Below are positions 7,493 through 16,169 of a stretch of DNA of 19,605 nt, one piece after another. The notes beneath the pieces were generated by a model, which was given only the letters and a program-made list of their open reading frames with translations, was not told the origin of the DNA and made no database searches. The stretch covers positions 4,206 through 23,810 of the forward strand of contig JAVZBY010000012.1 in assembly GCA_038874655.1 (NCBI GenBank). Reading direction: 5' to 3'. Each line of letters starts with the position of its first letter. Within the stretch, counting starts at the first letter, position 1. The position numbers and the translations under genes were made by a program. Source of the DNA: Candidatus Woesearchaeota archaeon (GTDB lineage: Archaea; Nanobdellota; Nanobdellia; Woesearchaeales; GW2011-AR15).

Positions 7493-7837
7493 TTGTTTTT
7501 TGATTTTTCTATCAATTTAGAATTAATATTAAAATTAGATGAAAAAGAATATACTTTTAATCTACTAGGGGAATTTAATTTGATTAGGATAGGCACATTT
7601 AACAATCCTGAATTAAGAGATAATGAACAATATTTGAATATGAATAGAATTTTTCCACATATCCAAGGGTTATATAAAAATCAAACATATCTCACTTTAG
7701 AGTTTTCTAATCGAATTTTAAAGATATATTATCAAGGAAAACAAGTTAGTGCTTTGAAAACTGGTGAAACATATAGTCAAACTATTGAAACATATAATCT
7801 TACTAAACCAAAATTAATAATTAAATACAATCCTTGA
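7493..7837 (+). CDS. Hypothetical beta-rich protein; start uncertain (TTG 7493 or ATC 7511)
   Basis: Open frame filling the gap between rnhB and ileS with plausible codon usage. No confident motif. Confidence 0.55.
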   Translation: MFFDFSINLELILKLDEKEYTFNLLGEFNLIRIGTFNNPELRDNEQYLNMNRIFPHIQGLYKNQTYLTLEFSNRILKIYYQGKQVSALKTGETYSQTIETYNLTKPKLIIKYNP

Positions 7838-7854
7838 AAAAATTAAAAAAATAA

Positions 7855-10800
7855 CTAAAAACAAACAATAATCTTTTTCTTTTTAATTTCTGCTTCAAAT
7901 TTATTTTTACATTTACTACTATCTTCGTTTATAAATAATTCACTAGCACCTACTTTTTCTTTCAATTCTTCCTTAAATTTAGTTAATCTTTCTGTCATTT
8001 CTTTATCTAAATGTAGGTATAATTTTATTGTATCTTTCTTTTTTAATCCAGCTTCTTTTCTAAATGACTGAATTCTTCTGATTAATTCTCTCAAATAACC
8101 TTCATTAATTAAATCCTCATTCATTCTTATATCAAGGTAAATATTGCCATTATCAAAAACACCATAACTGTAATTATTTCCGACCTTTCTTTCAATAACT
8201 AAATGTTTTTTATTTAATTTTATTTCTTTTCCTTCTATTTCAACAACATAACTATTATTTTCTTTAATTATACTTTCTGCAATCTCTTTACCATTCTTTT
8301 GTACTATTTTTATTAATTCTTTACTTAAACTTCCAAATTCTTGTCCTAATTCCTTATAATTTGGTTTTACAATTAATTCTGCTTCTTTAAATTCATTTAT
8401 TACTGAAACTTCCTTAACATTAGTCAATCTTTTGATTAATTTATCTAAATCTTTCAAAGCAGATATAACTTCCTTATTTTGTGTTTCAATTAAAACTTTT
8501 TGTAGAGGCCATCTTATTCCAATTTGCGCTTTTTCTCTTGCACTTAAAATTCCCTGAACTATGTCTTTAACTAAGCCAATTTCTTTTTCAAGTTCATGAT
8601 TAATCAATTTAGAATCATATTTAGGCCAATCATATAAATGGATTGATTCTAAATTTAATCTTTTATCATCACCAAACTCTCTTTTGAAATTTTGATACAT
8701 CATTTCTGTTATCATTGGAGTTATTGGTGCCATTAATAATAAAATTTCTTTCATTACAGTATAAACAACATATAAAACTAATTCTTTTTCTTCATCAGTG
8801 CCAGAATTGGCTTTTTCTCTAACCATTTGTATATAAGTTCTTGATAGTTCTAAATACAAATTCTCAACTGCCCATGGAACTTCATTTAAATAGTATTTGT
8901 CCATTAATTCACTAACTTTCTTTATTGTAGAATTAAGTTTAGATAAAATATAGTGCTCCTCTTCACTTGCATTTCTTAAAATTTTTTTATCTATCTTTTC
9001 AGGATTTTTTCCAGTATTTTTTGCTAAATCCAAAACAAAATTATGCAAATTCCACAAAATATTTAGATTTCTTCTCTTTATTTCAACATCTTCAAAATTG
9101 TAATTTAAATCTAATCCAGGATCACAAGCACCAATACTATAATATCTAAAAGTATCTGCACCATATTTACTTGTAACTTCATCAGGACTTATTACATTTC
9201 CTAAACTCTTAGACATTTTTCTGCCTAATGCATCATTCACAAATCCTGTCATATAACATGCTTTAAATGAAATATCTTCCATAGCCAACATACTTGCTAC
9301 AAACAATAAATTAAACCAACCTCTTATTTGGTCTTTACCTTCTGTAATAAAATCAGCAGGATACAATTTTTTAAACAAATCTTCTTTATGTGGATATCCC
9401 AAAGATGCCCAAGAATCAACACCAGCATCAATCCAAACATCCATAATATCAGGATATCTTTTCATTACTCCTTTACATTTAGGACAAGGAATTGTAACTT
9501 CATCAATCCAAGGCTTATGTAAATCTTTAGGTATGTGTGAAGCATTATATTTTTTCAATTCCTTTCTTGATTCAATAACTAAATGCTCATTACATTTTTC
9601 ACATTTCCAGATTGGTAAAGGAGAACCCCAATATCTTTGTCTTGTAATTCCATTATCCCTTAAATTTTCTAACCAAGAATCAAATTGATTTGAGCCAGCC
9701 CAATCAGGAACCCAATAAATCTTTTCTTTATTGAGTTTTCTCATTTTTGGAATTAAATCTTCAACCTTAAAAAACCATTGTGTTGTTGTTCTATAAATTA
9801 CAGGATTTCTGCAACGCCAACAATGAGCATAATCATGTTTATAATCTTCTTTATAAACAATAGCATTTCTTTTTTCTAATTCTTCAATGAATTTTTTGTT
9901 ATCTTCTTTTGCATGCCAACCTGTAAAAATAGCCATATCTCTATAAAAACCACTCTCATCAACATTATTAAAAGGAATAATTCCTTCCCTATGCCCAACT
10001 TCATAATCTTCTGGCCCACAGCCAGGAGCCATATGTACTAGTCCTGTTCCACTCTCTATTGTAACATATTCTTCACTTAAAACAACAACATGCAATTTTT
10101 TTGATTTTTTTCTAACTTCTTCATAATGCTTTTCTAAAATATCAGAAAACGGATGTTCATATTCAATACCTTCTAATTCCTTTCCTAATAAAACTTCCAT
10201 CACCATATAACTTTTTCCAAGTTTTTCTTCTATTAAATCATGTGCTAATTCCTTCGCTATAATCCAAATTTCATCATCTACTTTTGCTTTTATATATTCA
10301 ACATTAGGATTAACCATAACTCCTAAGTTAAAAGCAATAGTCCAAGGCGTTGTTGTCCAAATAACTAAATACACATTATCTTTTGCTTTGTTATTATTTT
10401 TCGCTTTTTTATTTTCTTTAATCTTAAATTTTACATATATGGATTTATCAACAACTTCTTTATATTCTAATTCATGTTTAGCCAAAGCAGTTTGACAGCT
10501 ATAACACCAAGTTATAGTCATTTGTCCTTGGTATAATCTTTTTTTCTCATGTGCTTTTTTTACAAGCCACCATGTTCCTTCAATATAATCATTATCTATT
10601 GTTTGATAGGCATTATCAAAATCTAGCCAAACACCTAATCTTTTAAAATCTTTATTCATTTGTTTCAAGTTAGAAACAGCAAAATCTTTACATTCTTTAA
10701 CAAATTTTTCCAAACCAAATTTCAATATATCTTCTTTTGTTTTTAATCCTAATTTAGCTTGTACTTTTCCTTCAGTTGGCAAGCCATGCATATCATATCC

Positions 10801-11034
10801 AGCTCTATCCCAAACATCAAAGCCATTCATTCTTTTGTATCTAGTAACTAAATCCTTTAATGATTTATTCCAAGCAGTTCCTAAATGGATTTTCCCGCTT
10901 GTATAAGGAGGACCATCTAAAAAGTAAAACTTTTGTTTATTTTTGTTCTTTTCACGAGCTTTTTCAAGTATCTTATTTTCTTCCCAAAACTTTAATATTT
11001 TTTCTTCATCTTCAATTGGATTATAGTTTTGCAT
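7855..11034 (-). CDS. ileS: Isoleucine--tRNA ligase (archaeal/eukaryote-like long form)
   Basis: FLDGPPYTSGKIHLGT (HIGH variant), WTTTPWT and GTGLVHMAPGCGPED (CP1 editing), ITRQRYWG, EGKDQIRGWF, KMSKS. 1059 aa. SD GGGTGA. Confidence 0.98.
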   Translation of the reverse strand: MQNYNPIEDEEKILKFWEENKILEKAREKNKNKQKFYFLDGPPYTSGKIHLGTAWNKSLKDLVTRYKRMNGFDVWDRAGYDMHGLPTEGKVQAKLGLKTKEDILKFGLEKFVKECKDFAVSNLKQMNKDFKRLGVWLDFDNAYQTIDNDYIEGTWWLVKKAHEKKRLYQGQMTITWCYSCQTALAKHELEYKEVVDKSIYVKFKIKENKKAKNNNKAKDNVYLVIWTTTPWTIAFNLGVMVNPNVEYIKAKVDDEIWIIAKELAHDLIEEKLGKSYMVMEVLLGKELEGIEYEHPFSDILEKHYEEVRKKSKKLHVVVLSEEYVTIESGTGLVHMAPGCGPEDYEVGHREGIIPFNNVDESGFYRDMAIFTGWHAKEDNKKFIEELEKRNAIVYKEDYKHDYAHCWRCRNPVIYRTTTQWFFKVEDLIPKMRKLNKEKIYWVPDWAGSNQFDSWLENLRDNGITRQRYWGSPLPIWKCEKCNEHLVIESRKELKKYNASHIPKDLHKPWIDEVTIPCPKCKGVMKRYPDIMDVWIDAGVDSWASLGYPHKEDLFKKLYPADFITEGKDQIRGWFNLLFVASMLAMEDISFKACYMTGFVNDALGRKMSKSLGNVISPDEVTSKYGADTFRYYSIGACDPGLDLNYNFEDVEIKRRNLNILWNLHNFVLDLAKNTGKNPEKIDKKILRNASEEEHYILSKLNSTIKKVSELMDKYYLNEVPWAVENLYLELSRTYIQMVREKANSGTDEEKELVLYVVYTVMKEILLLMAPITPMITEMMYQNFKREFGDDKRLNLESIHLYDWPKYDSKLINHELEKEIGLVKDIVQGILSAREKAQIGIRWPLQKVLIETQNKEVISALKDLDKLIKRLTNVKEVSVINEFKEAELIVKPNYKELGQEFGSLSKELIKIVQKNGKEIAESIIKENNSYVVEIEGKEIKLNKKHLVIERKVGNNYSYGVFDNGNIYLDIRMNEDLINEGYLRELIRRIQSFRKEAGLKKKDTIKLYLHLDKEMTERLTKFKEELKEKVGASELFINEDSSKCKNKFEAEIKKKKIIVCF

Positions 11035-11356
11035 TAAATCACCCTTGCTAATATAAAAATTAAATAATATTCACTATTGTAGAATTTAGAAATTTATTTA
11101 GATTATTTTTTAATAAAAAAATTTTGCCAATTTTTAAAATGTGATTACAAAAATAAAAAAAATCCATTCAAAATAATATCTTTTATTTCTTTATAAATCT
11201 TTTCAGTTAAAAAAATTTAATTCAATTTTTTTATATTTAGCAAAACACAAAATTTATATACTAGTATATCATTTTTGTATACTGAAATACAAAATAAATC
11301 AGTTTTTAGATTTAAATCCAAATAGTATTAGAATAAAAAAATAAGGAGAGGTTAAA

Positions 11357-12151
11357 ATGGATACAAAGGTTAATGGATTAGCTGAAACATTAAAAAGTTT
11401 AGGCATTGTTTCAAGTGCTTCAGATGCTATGAATTTAGCTAAAAACATAGTATCAACAGAAGAAAAATTAGCTAAAAGCTATGGAAGAATAACTCCTGCT
11501 CAAACAAAAACAAAAACATATCAAGAAGAAATTGAGGAACTTATAAGAAAAACAAGTCCTGAATACAAGAATTATCATATTCCAGTTAAAGGCTATCAAA
11601 GAGAAACAAGAAAATCTAATGATTTAGCATCAGAACTAGTAAATAATTTTTCAAAACAAAATGAAACATTAAAACCCTCTAATAATAAAATAACGAATAT
11701 TAAACAAGAAAAAGATGTTTTTTATGAATTAGAAGAATTAACAGGAATAAACTCAGAAAAAGAAAGTATGACAAATATGCATTTAATTGATAAAGAAGTT
11801 TATAAAGAAGAAGTTTATACAGACATTGAAAATAGTGATAAAGTTTTAAAAGAATTAATTAATCAACCATTACAAGAAAATGAAGAAACAATAACAACTT
11901 ATCCACAAACAACAGAAGTTTTACTTAATAATCAACAAGAAGAAAAACAAGATAATGATTTCATAATTGAAGTCAAAGAACTAGAACCAGAAAAACCTGC
12001 TTTTATAATTGATAAACCAGAAATAAAAAATGAAACTAAGGAAAAACCAGAACAATTATTTAAGGAAATAAAAGAAGATAAATCAAAGCCAAGAGAAATA
12101 AAAAATCCAATTGAGTCAATAGATTTAATGAATTATTTTAAGTCTAAATAG
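11357..12151 (+). CDS. Hypothetical protein: ordered N-terminus, long acidic/low-complexity middle, short hydrophobic C-terminal motif
   Basis: Strong SD AGGAGAGG (11344-11351). Rich in E/K/N/T. Ends IDLMNYFKSK. Confidence 0.85.
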   Translation: MDTKVNGLAETLKSLGIVSSASDAMNLAKNIVSTEEKLAKSYGRITPAQTKTKTYQEEIEELIRKTSPEYKNYHIPVKGYQRETRKSNDLASELVNNFSKQNETLKPSNNKITNIKQEKDVFYELEELTGINSEKESMTNMHLIDKEVYKEEVYTDIENSDKVLKELINQPLQENEETITTYPQTTEVLLNNQQEEKQDNDFIIEVKELEPEKPAFIIDKPEIKNETKEKPEQLFKEIKEDKSKPREIKNPIESIDLMNYFKSK

Positions 12152-12266
12152 AAAATACTAAATAAAAAATAGTCAATTTATATTATATAAAAAAATATAA
12201 ATCTTAATAAAATAATATAAAATTATCTTTTTTATTTTTTAATCGAGATATCTTATGTGATGGAAA

Positions 12267-12674
12267 ATGCAGCATTTTGTATGGAAAGAAGAATATTCTG
12301 TAAATATAAATCTAATAGATAAACAACATCAGAAGTTAATAAAAATTATGAATGAATTATATGATGCTATTTTAACTTTAAAAGCAAAGGAAAAAATAAA
12401 TGATATTTTCAAGCAATTGTTTGATTATGCTAATTACCATTTTTCAACAGAAGAAAAATATTTTGAAAAATTCAACTTTAAGTATAAAAAATCCCACATA
12501 AGAAAGCATAATTTTTTTAAAAAAAAATTAAGCTCTTTATATAAAAAAATGAATGAAAACGAATTAGAACTTTCTTTTAAATTATTGGACTTCTTAGAAG
12601 ATTGGTTAATTGAGCATTTAAATACTGAAGATAAAAAATATATACAATGTTTTAAAGAACATGGTCTTAAATGA
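12267..12674 (+). CDS. Single-domain (bacterio)hemerythrin
   Basis: W..EYSV...IDKQH, HFSTEE, HIRKH, WLIEHLNTEDKKY together give the full H/HxxxE/HxxxH/HxxxxD di-iron ligand set. Confidence 0.95.
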   Translation: MQHFVWKEEYSVNINLIDKQHQKLIKIMNELYDAILTLKAKEKINDIFKQLFDYANYHFSTEEKYFEKFNFKYKKSHIRKHNFFKKKLSSLYKKMNENELELSFKLLDFLEDWLIEHLNTEDKKYIQCFKEHGLK

Positions 12675-12945
12675 ATCTTAAATGAATTATCTTTCTATCT
12701 TTAGTATTTCTTATTTAAATTTTTTATAAAATTTTTACTATTTATTAGTAAATAAAAGAAACATTTAAATATAAATTTTATACACAACCTTTTTATATAA
12801 ATTTAGATACTACTATAAAGTATATCAATACATTTAGTATTAACCTAAAATTAAAATTTGTTATTATATTCATATATTAAAAAAAAATTCCTAAAAATTA
12901 TTATAAAAACAAAAAAAGTTAAGAGGAAATTTATGAGGGTAAAAA

Positions 12946-14340
12946 ATGAAAAAAACCTATTTATTAATCATTTTCATTTTGTTAGCTATTGTCAATCTTA
13001 ATTTAGTTTTATCAAGTTTAGATATCTCAGACATTACACTTGGCAGTGATACACAAGAAAGAGCAAAAAATACAACTACAACAATTAATATTAAAAATAT
13101 TGGTGATTCAAAATTATCATTACTTTCATTATCTTTTAATGGAGATTCTAAATACAATTTAAAATATAATTTATCAAAATCAGAGATTAATCCAAATGAA
13201 ACAATTCAATTAACAATTCAAGGTTATGTGCCATTAGATTTTGATGCAGTAAACTCAAAAGGCAAAAAAACTTCTTTTAAAATAAGTGATTTTACTATTT
13301 CAGGTAAATATCAAAATAACTCAGATTATAGTATAACAAGATCTTTATTTATGCAAGCTGAAAACAAATTAAGAATTACAACAGGAAGTAAAATTCTTAT
13401 CAACGATGAGGAGAAAACATTAAGAAATGAAAGATCTTATGATATAAAAAGGTCTGATAAAATAGAATTAAAAATTGAACTGGAAAATAGATTCTCAACC
13501 TCAGGAGATTGTGAAAAAGATTCATCTGATTGTGCAATTGATGACATAGAATTGACTTTAGAATCAAGAAATTCTGATTTGGATGTTGAAAAAGATATCA
13601 GTTATTCAAAATTAAATCCAAACAAAAAATCCTCAAAATCAATAACATTTACAATTCCAGATGACTTAGATGAAGATGAGTATACATTAGATATATGGCT
13701 AATTGGTGAAGATGAAAATGGTGCTTTACATGGAGATTATTGGGAATTCACATTAAATTTAGAATTGCCAGATGATGAAGTTTCAATAACAAATGTTAAT
13801 TTATTTCCTGAGGAATTAAATTGTAATGAAAGAAACTTTAGGTTAGATGTATCTATAAAAAATACAGGTAAAGATGACCAAGATGAGGTTTCAATTTGGG
13901 TAGATTCAACAAAATTAGATATAATGGATTCAATTGAAAATATACTATTAGATGAAAATGAAAAAACAACAAAATCTTTTTTCTTAAAAACACCAACTAA
14001 TATAAAGCCAGGAATATATCCAATATTAGTAAGAGCAAATGTCAATAATGATGACGAAACAGACAGAGAAGTTGTTTATTTAAAAATTAATCCTTGCAAT
14101 ACAACACAAACACAACCAACCCAACAAAATAATCAACAGACAAACATTACAAACAATCAAAATACAAACAATCAAAATCAAGATTCAAATGTTATAGAAA
14201 TTCCACCAACACAGATAATCTATGGAACTGAAAAAAGCAACTTTTTTGAATCAAAAGAATTTATATATATTTTAATTGGATTTATAGTAATTTCTGTAAT
14301 CTTATTATTAATCTTAGTTGCAATACTAGCTAAGAGATAG
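12946..14340 (+). CDS. Secreted, C-terminally anchored surface (S-layer-like) protein with Ig/CARDB-like domains
   Basis: Signal peptide MKKTYLLIIFILLAIVNLNLVLS. Ig-like starts INIKNIGD, IELENRF, VSIKNTGKDD. Q/N/T linker, then a TM helix and KR. Several N-x-S/T sequons. Confidence 0.82.
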   Translation: MKKTYLLIIFILLAIVNLNLVLSSLDISDITLGSDTQERAKNTTTTINIKNIGDSKLSLLSLSFNGDSKYNLKYNLSKSEINPNETIQLTIQGYVPLDFDAVNSKGKKTSFKISDFTISGKYQNNSDYSITRSLFMQAENKLRITTGSKILINDEEKTLRNERSYDIKRSDKIELKIELENRFSTSGDCEKDSSDCAIDDIELTLESRNSDLDVEKDISYSKLNPNKKSSKSITFTIPDDLDEDEYTLDIWLIGEDENGALHGDYWEFTLNLELPDDEVSITNVNLFPEELNCNERNFRLDVSIKNTGKDDQDEVSIWVDSTKLDIMDSIENILLDENEKTTKSFFLKTPTNIKPGIYPILVRANVNNDDETDREVVYLKINPCNTTQTQPTQQNNQQTNITNNQNTNNQNQDSNVIEIPPTQIIYGTEKSNFFESKEFIYILIGFIVISVILLLILVAILAKR

Positions 14341-14973
14341 ATTTTTAAATAAATATTCAAATTTTTTAACCTTTAATCTTGCTTTTTTTAATTTATTATT
14401 TGCTTCTTTAATTAATACTTTCAGGTAATCATCAGAAACTAAAATTTTCTTATTTCTAGAAAATATTGTATTAATCTTATCAGGTATAAAAATTTCAATT
14501 ATCACTCTTTTTTTAAAGCTTAATATAGCACTTCTTCTAAACCCAGAATTATTAGCTATTTTAAGCAACTTATCAGCCAAATCAAGGTTTTCAGCACATA
14601 TATGTAAAATTGGTGCTTCCATTCTAAACCAAACACTTTCCTTAGGTAAGTTGTTTTCAAAATTTTTTATTATTCTCTTAATATCACTTAACTTAACATA
14701 ATCATGGCTTACAAAAAGCCAATTTGTCTCATTTTTCTTAATCCCTTCTTTAACTAACATTATTCTACCCGCACAACTACTAGTAGTATAAAAATTAGGA
14801 TGACTATTAATTAAATTAATTGTACTTAAAATTTCTTTATCTATTTCTCCTTTCTTTGATTTATCATTTTCAAATGCTTTTTTTAAGGCAATTTTTTTTT
14901 GGTTTTGGAACATTTGATTTATTAATTTTTCATTATATTTTATTTTGCTTGTTTTGTATTCTTTTTGATACAT
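14326..14973 (-). CDS. taw3: tRNA wyosine/wybutosine methyltransferase Taw3/TYW3; conserved part probably begins near ATG 14913
   Basis: DKSKKGEIDKEI...IN....YTTSSCAGRI, WLFVSH, EAPILHI, A..SGFRRS. Overlaps the convergent surface-protein gene by 15 bp. Confidence 0.93.
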   Translation of the reverse strand: MYQKEYKTSKIKYNEKLINQMFQNQKKIALKKAFENDKSKKGEIDKEILSTINLINSHPNFYTTSSCAGRIMLVKEGIKKNETNWLFVSHDYVKLSDIKRIIKNFENNLPKESVWFRMEAPILHICAENLDLADKLLKIANNSGFRRSAILSFKKRVIIEIFIPDKINTIFSRNKKILVSDDYLKVLIKEANNKLKKARLKVKKFEYLFKNLSLS

Positions 14974-14992
14974 ATGTATCTAAAAAGACACA
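14955..14992. promoter_or_regulatory. Tandem 18-bp dyad operator-like element centred on the taw3 start codon
   Basis: TGTATT-CTTTTT-GATACA-TA-TGTATC-TAAAAA-GACACA, with perfect core GATACATATGTATC (14967-14980). Minus-strand TTTATAGA box at 14996-15003. Confidence 0.7.
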
Positions 14993-15057
14993 ATCTCTAT
15001 AAATTTTTTTATTATAATTTGAAAATTCTTAAATATACTCATTTGTTTTTTAAAAAA

Positions 15058-15332
15058 ATACAACTCAAAGAGTAATGTTTTTAAGTGAGTTAGAACAATG
15101 GTGTAATGAAGGAATTCCAATAGAAGTGAATTTTACAACATCAAGAGAAGAGGCAAATAATTTTGCAAAGCAATATCATCAACCACCATACTTGTTTTTT
15201 CAATGCCTTATGATGACCTTATTTTTGGTTTGCCTTTTTCATTAGAAAAAAATAAGAAATTGTGGTGATTGGTATAGAACAATTGAATCAATCTTATTAA
15301 CTCATATTGATTATGAGATTGAGCATATATAA
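15058..15332 (+). pseudogene. Disrupted small gene with ADP-ribosyltransferase/Tpt1-like motif pattern
   Basis: RVMFLSELEQWCNEGIPIEVNFTTSREEANNFAKQYHQPP, then ILVFSMPYDDLIFGLPFSLEK in a shifted frame, then IRNCGDWYRTIESILLTHIDYEIEHI-TAA back in the first frame. The first frame has TAG at 15243-15245. Confidence 0.55.
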
Positions 15333-15334
15333 TT

Positions 15335-16141
15335 TTAATACTTTCTCATAACCTCTATACTAATAGCTGGCTCTAAAATTTTTATATACATTGGACAAAA
15401 AACATATTCATAATTATACAATTTACAGAAATCTATAATTTTTAATTTTTCTTCCTCATTTCTATACTTTACAACAACATTTAATCCATTGCTATCTTTA
15501 TGCACTATTTCAAAATCCTTTAATTTTTCTTTAATCTCATTTGTTTCTTTTCCTATTTTTTTTAATTTGCTTTTTAGAAGTTTTAATTTTTCCTTTAGAT
15601 CTTTTGAAAAATCTTTAACTTCTTTTTTCATGTTTTCTTTAAAAAAAGTTTCATAACTGGAATTATCAAATGCAATGAAGCCACCATAGCCTATATTTAT
15701 AGGTTTCCAATGCCCAAAACTACCTAAAATTAAATCACCATATTTTGCTTCATTTGTTCCAATAGAGCCAGAAGCATCATTGATTAAAAAGCATTTTTTT
15801 TCTTTGCAAAAATCATTAATTAAAGCCATGTTTTGTAATGCAATATAGCTAGGCATAGAATTTATCAATAAAACAGAACTTTCATCAACATAATTTTTTA
15901 AAATATTTAAATGCTTTTTTTCTATGATTCCGTAATTTGTTTCAATATAATTTTTCTCTAACTTTAATCTATCAGCAAATTGGTAATAAGTAATCCATCC
16001 GCCTTGATCTTGAATAAAAATTTTTTTCTTTCCAAGGCTTTTTGATAATTTCAAAGCTAATAAAATAGAAGTATTGCCTCTATCTGTGAAAAAGATATGT
16101 TTTTTTGAGGTTAATTTTTTGAGAGGTTCAATATTTTTCAT
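15335..16141 (-). CDS. Short fold-type I PLP-dependent protein, DegT/DnrJ-like
   Basis: FTDRGNTSILLAL, LINDASGSIG (PLP Asp), GDLILGSFGHWKPINIGYGGFI (Schiff-base Lys in SFxxxK...GG). Confidence 0.75.
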   Translation of the reverse strand: MKNIEPLKKLTSKKHIFFTDRGNTSILLALKLSKSLGKKKIFIQDQGGWITYYQFADRLKLEKNYIETNYGIIEKKHLNILKNYVDESSVLLINSMPSYIALQNMALINDFCKEKKCFLINDASGSIGTNEAKYGDLILGSFGHWKPINIGYGGFIAFDNSSYETFFKENMKKEVKDFSKDLKEKLKLLKSKLKKIGKETNEIKEKLKDFEIVHKDSNGLNVVVKYRNEEEKLKIIDFCKLYNYEYVFCPMYIKILEPAISIEVMRKY

Positions 16142-16169
16142 TTTTATGAAAATTTTCTTTTAATTTTTT

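Noticed and set aside
4573-7837. Provirus or island integrated at the tRNA 3' end
   Set aside because: No integrase, no second copy of the tRNA 3' end was seen in the window, and rnhB/ileS follow closely.
7493-7837. FHA-domain assignment for the 114-aa ORF (IRIG...L..G pattern)
   Set aside because: The conserved GR, SxxH and NG residues are absent; the resemblance is too weak without a profile search.
11035-11356. Replication origin in the AT-rich divergent spacer
   Set aside because: No ORB-like G-string repeats and no orc1/cdc6 nearby; divergent promoters explain it.
12255-12260. ATG-TGA minigene in frame before hemerythrin
   Set aside because: More simply a by-product of a GTGA Shine-Dalgarno-like site.
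15243-15245. Stop-codon reassignment suggested by the in-frame TAG in the broken ORF
   Set aside because: TAG, TGA and TAA all terminate intact genes here, and conserved proteins have no internal stops. Compensating indels explain it better.
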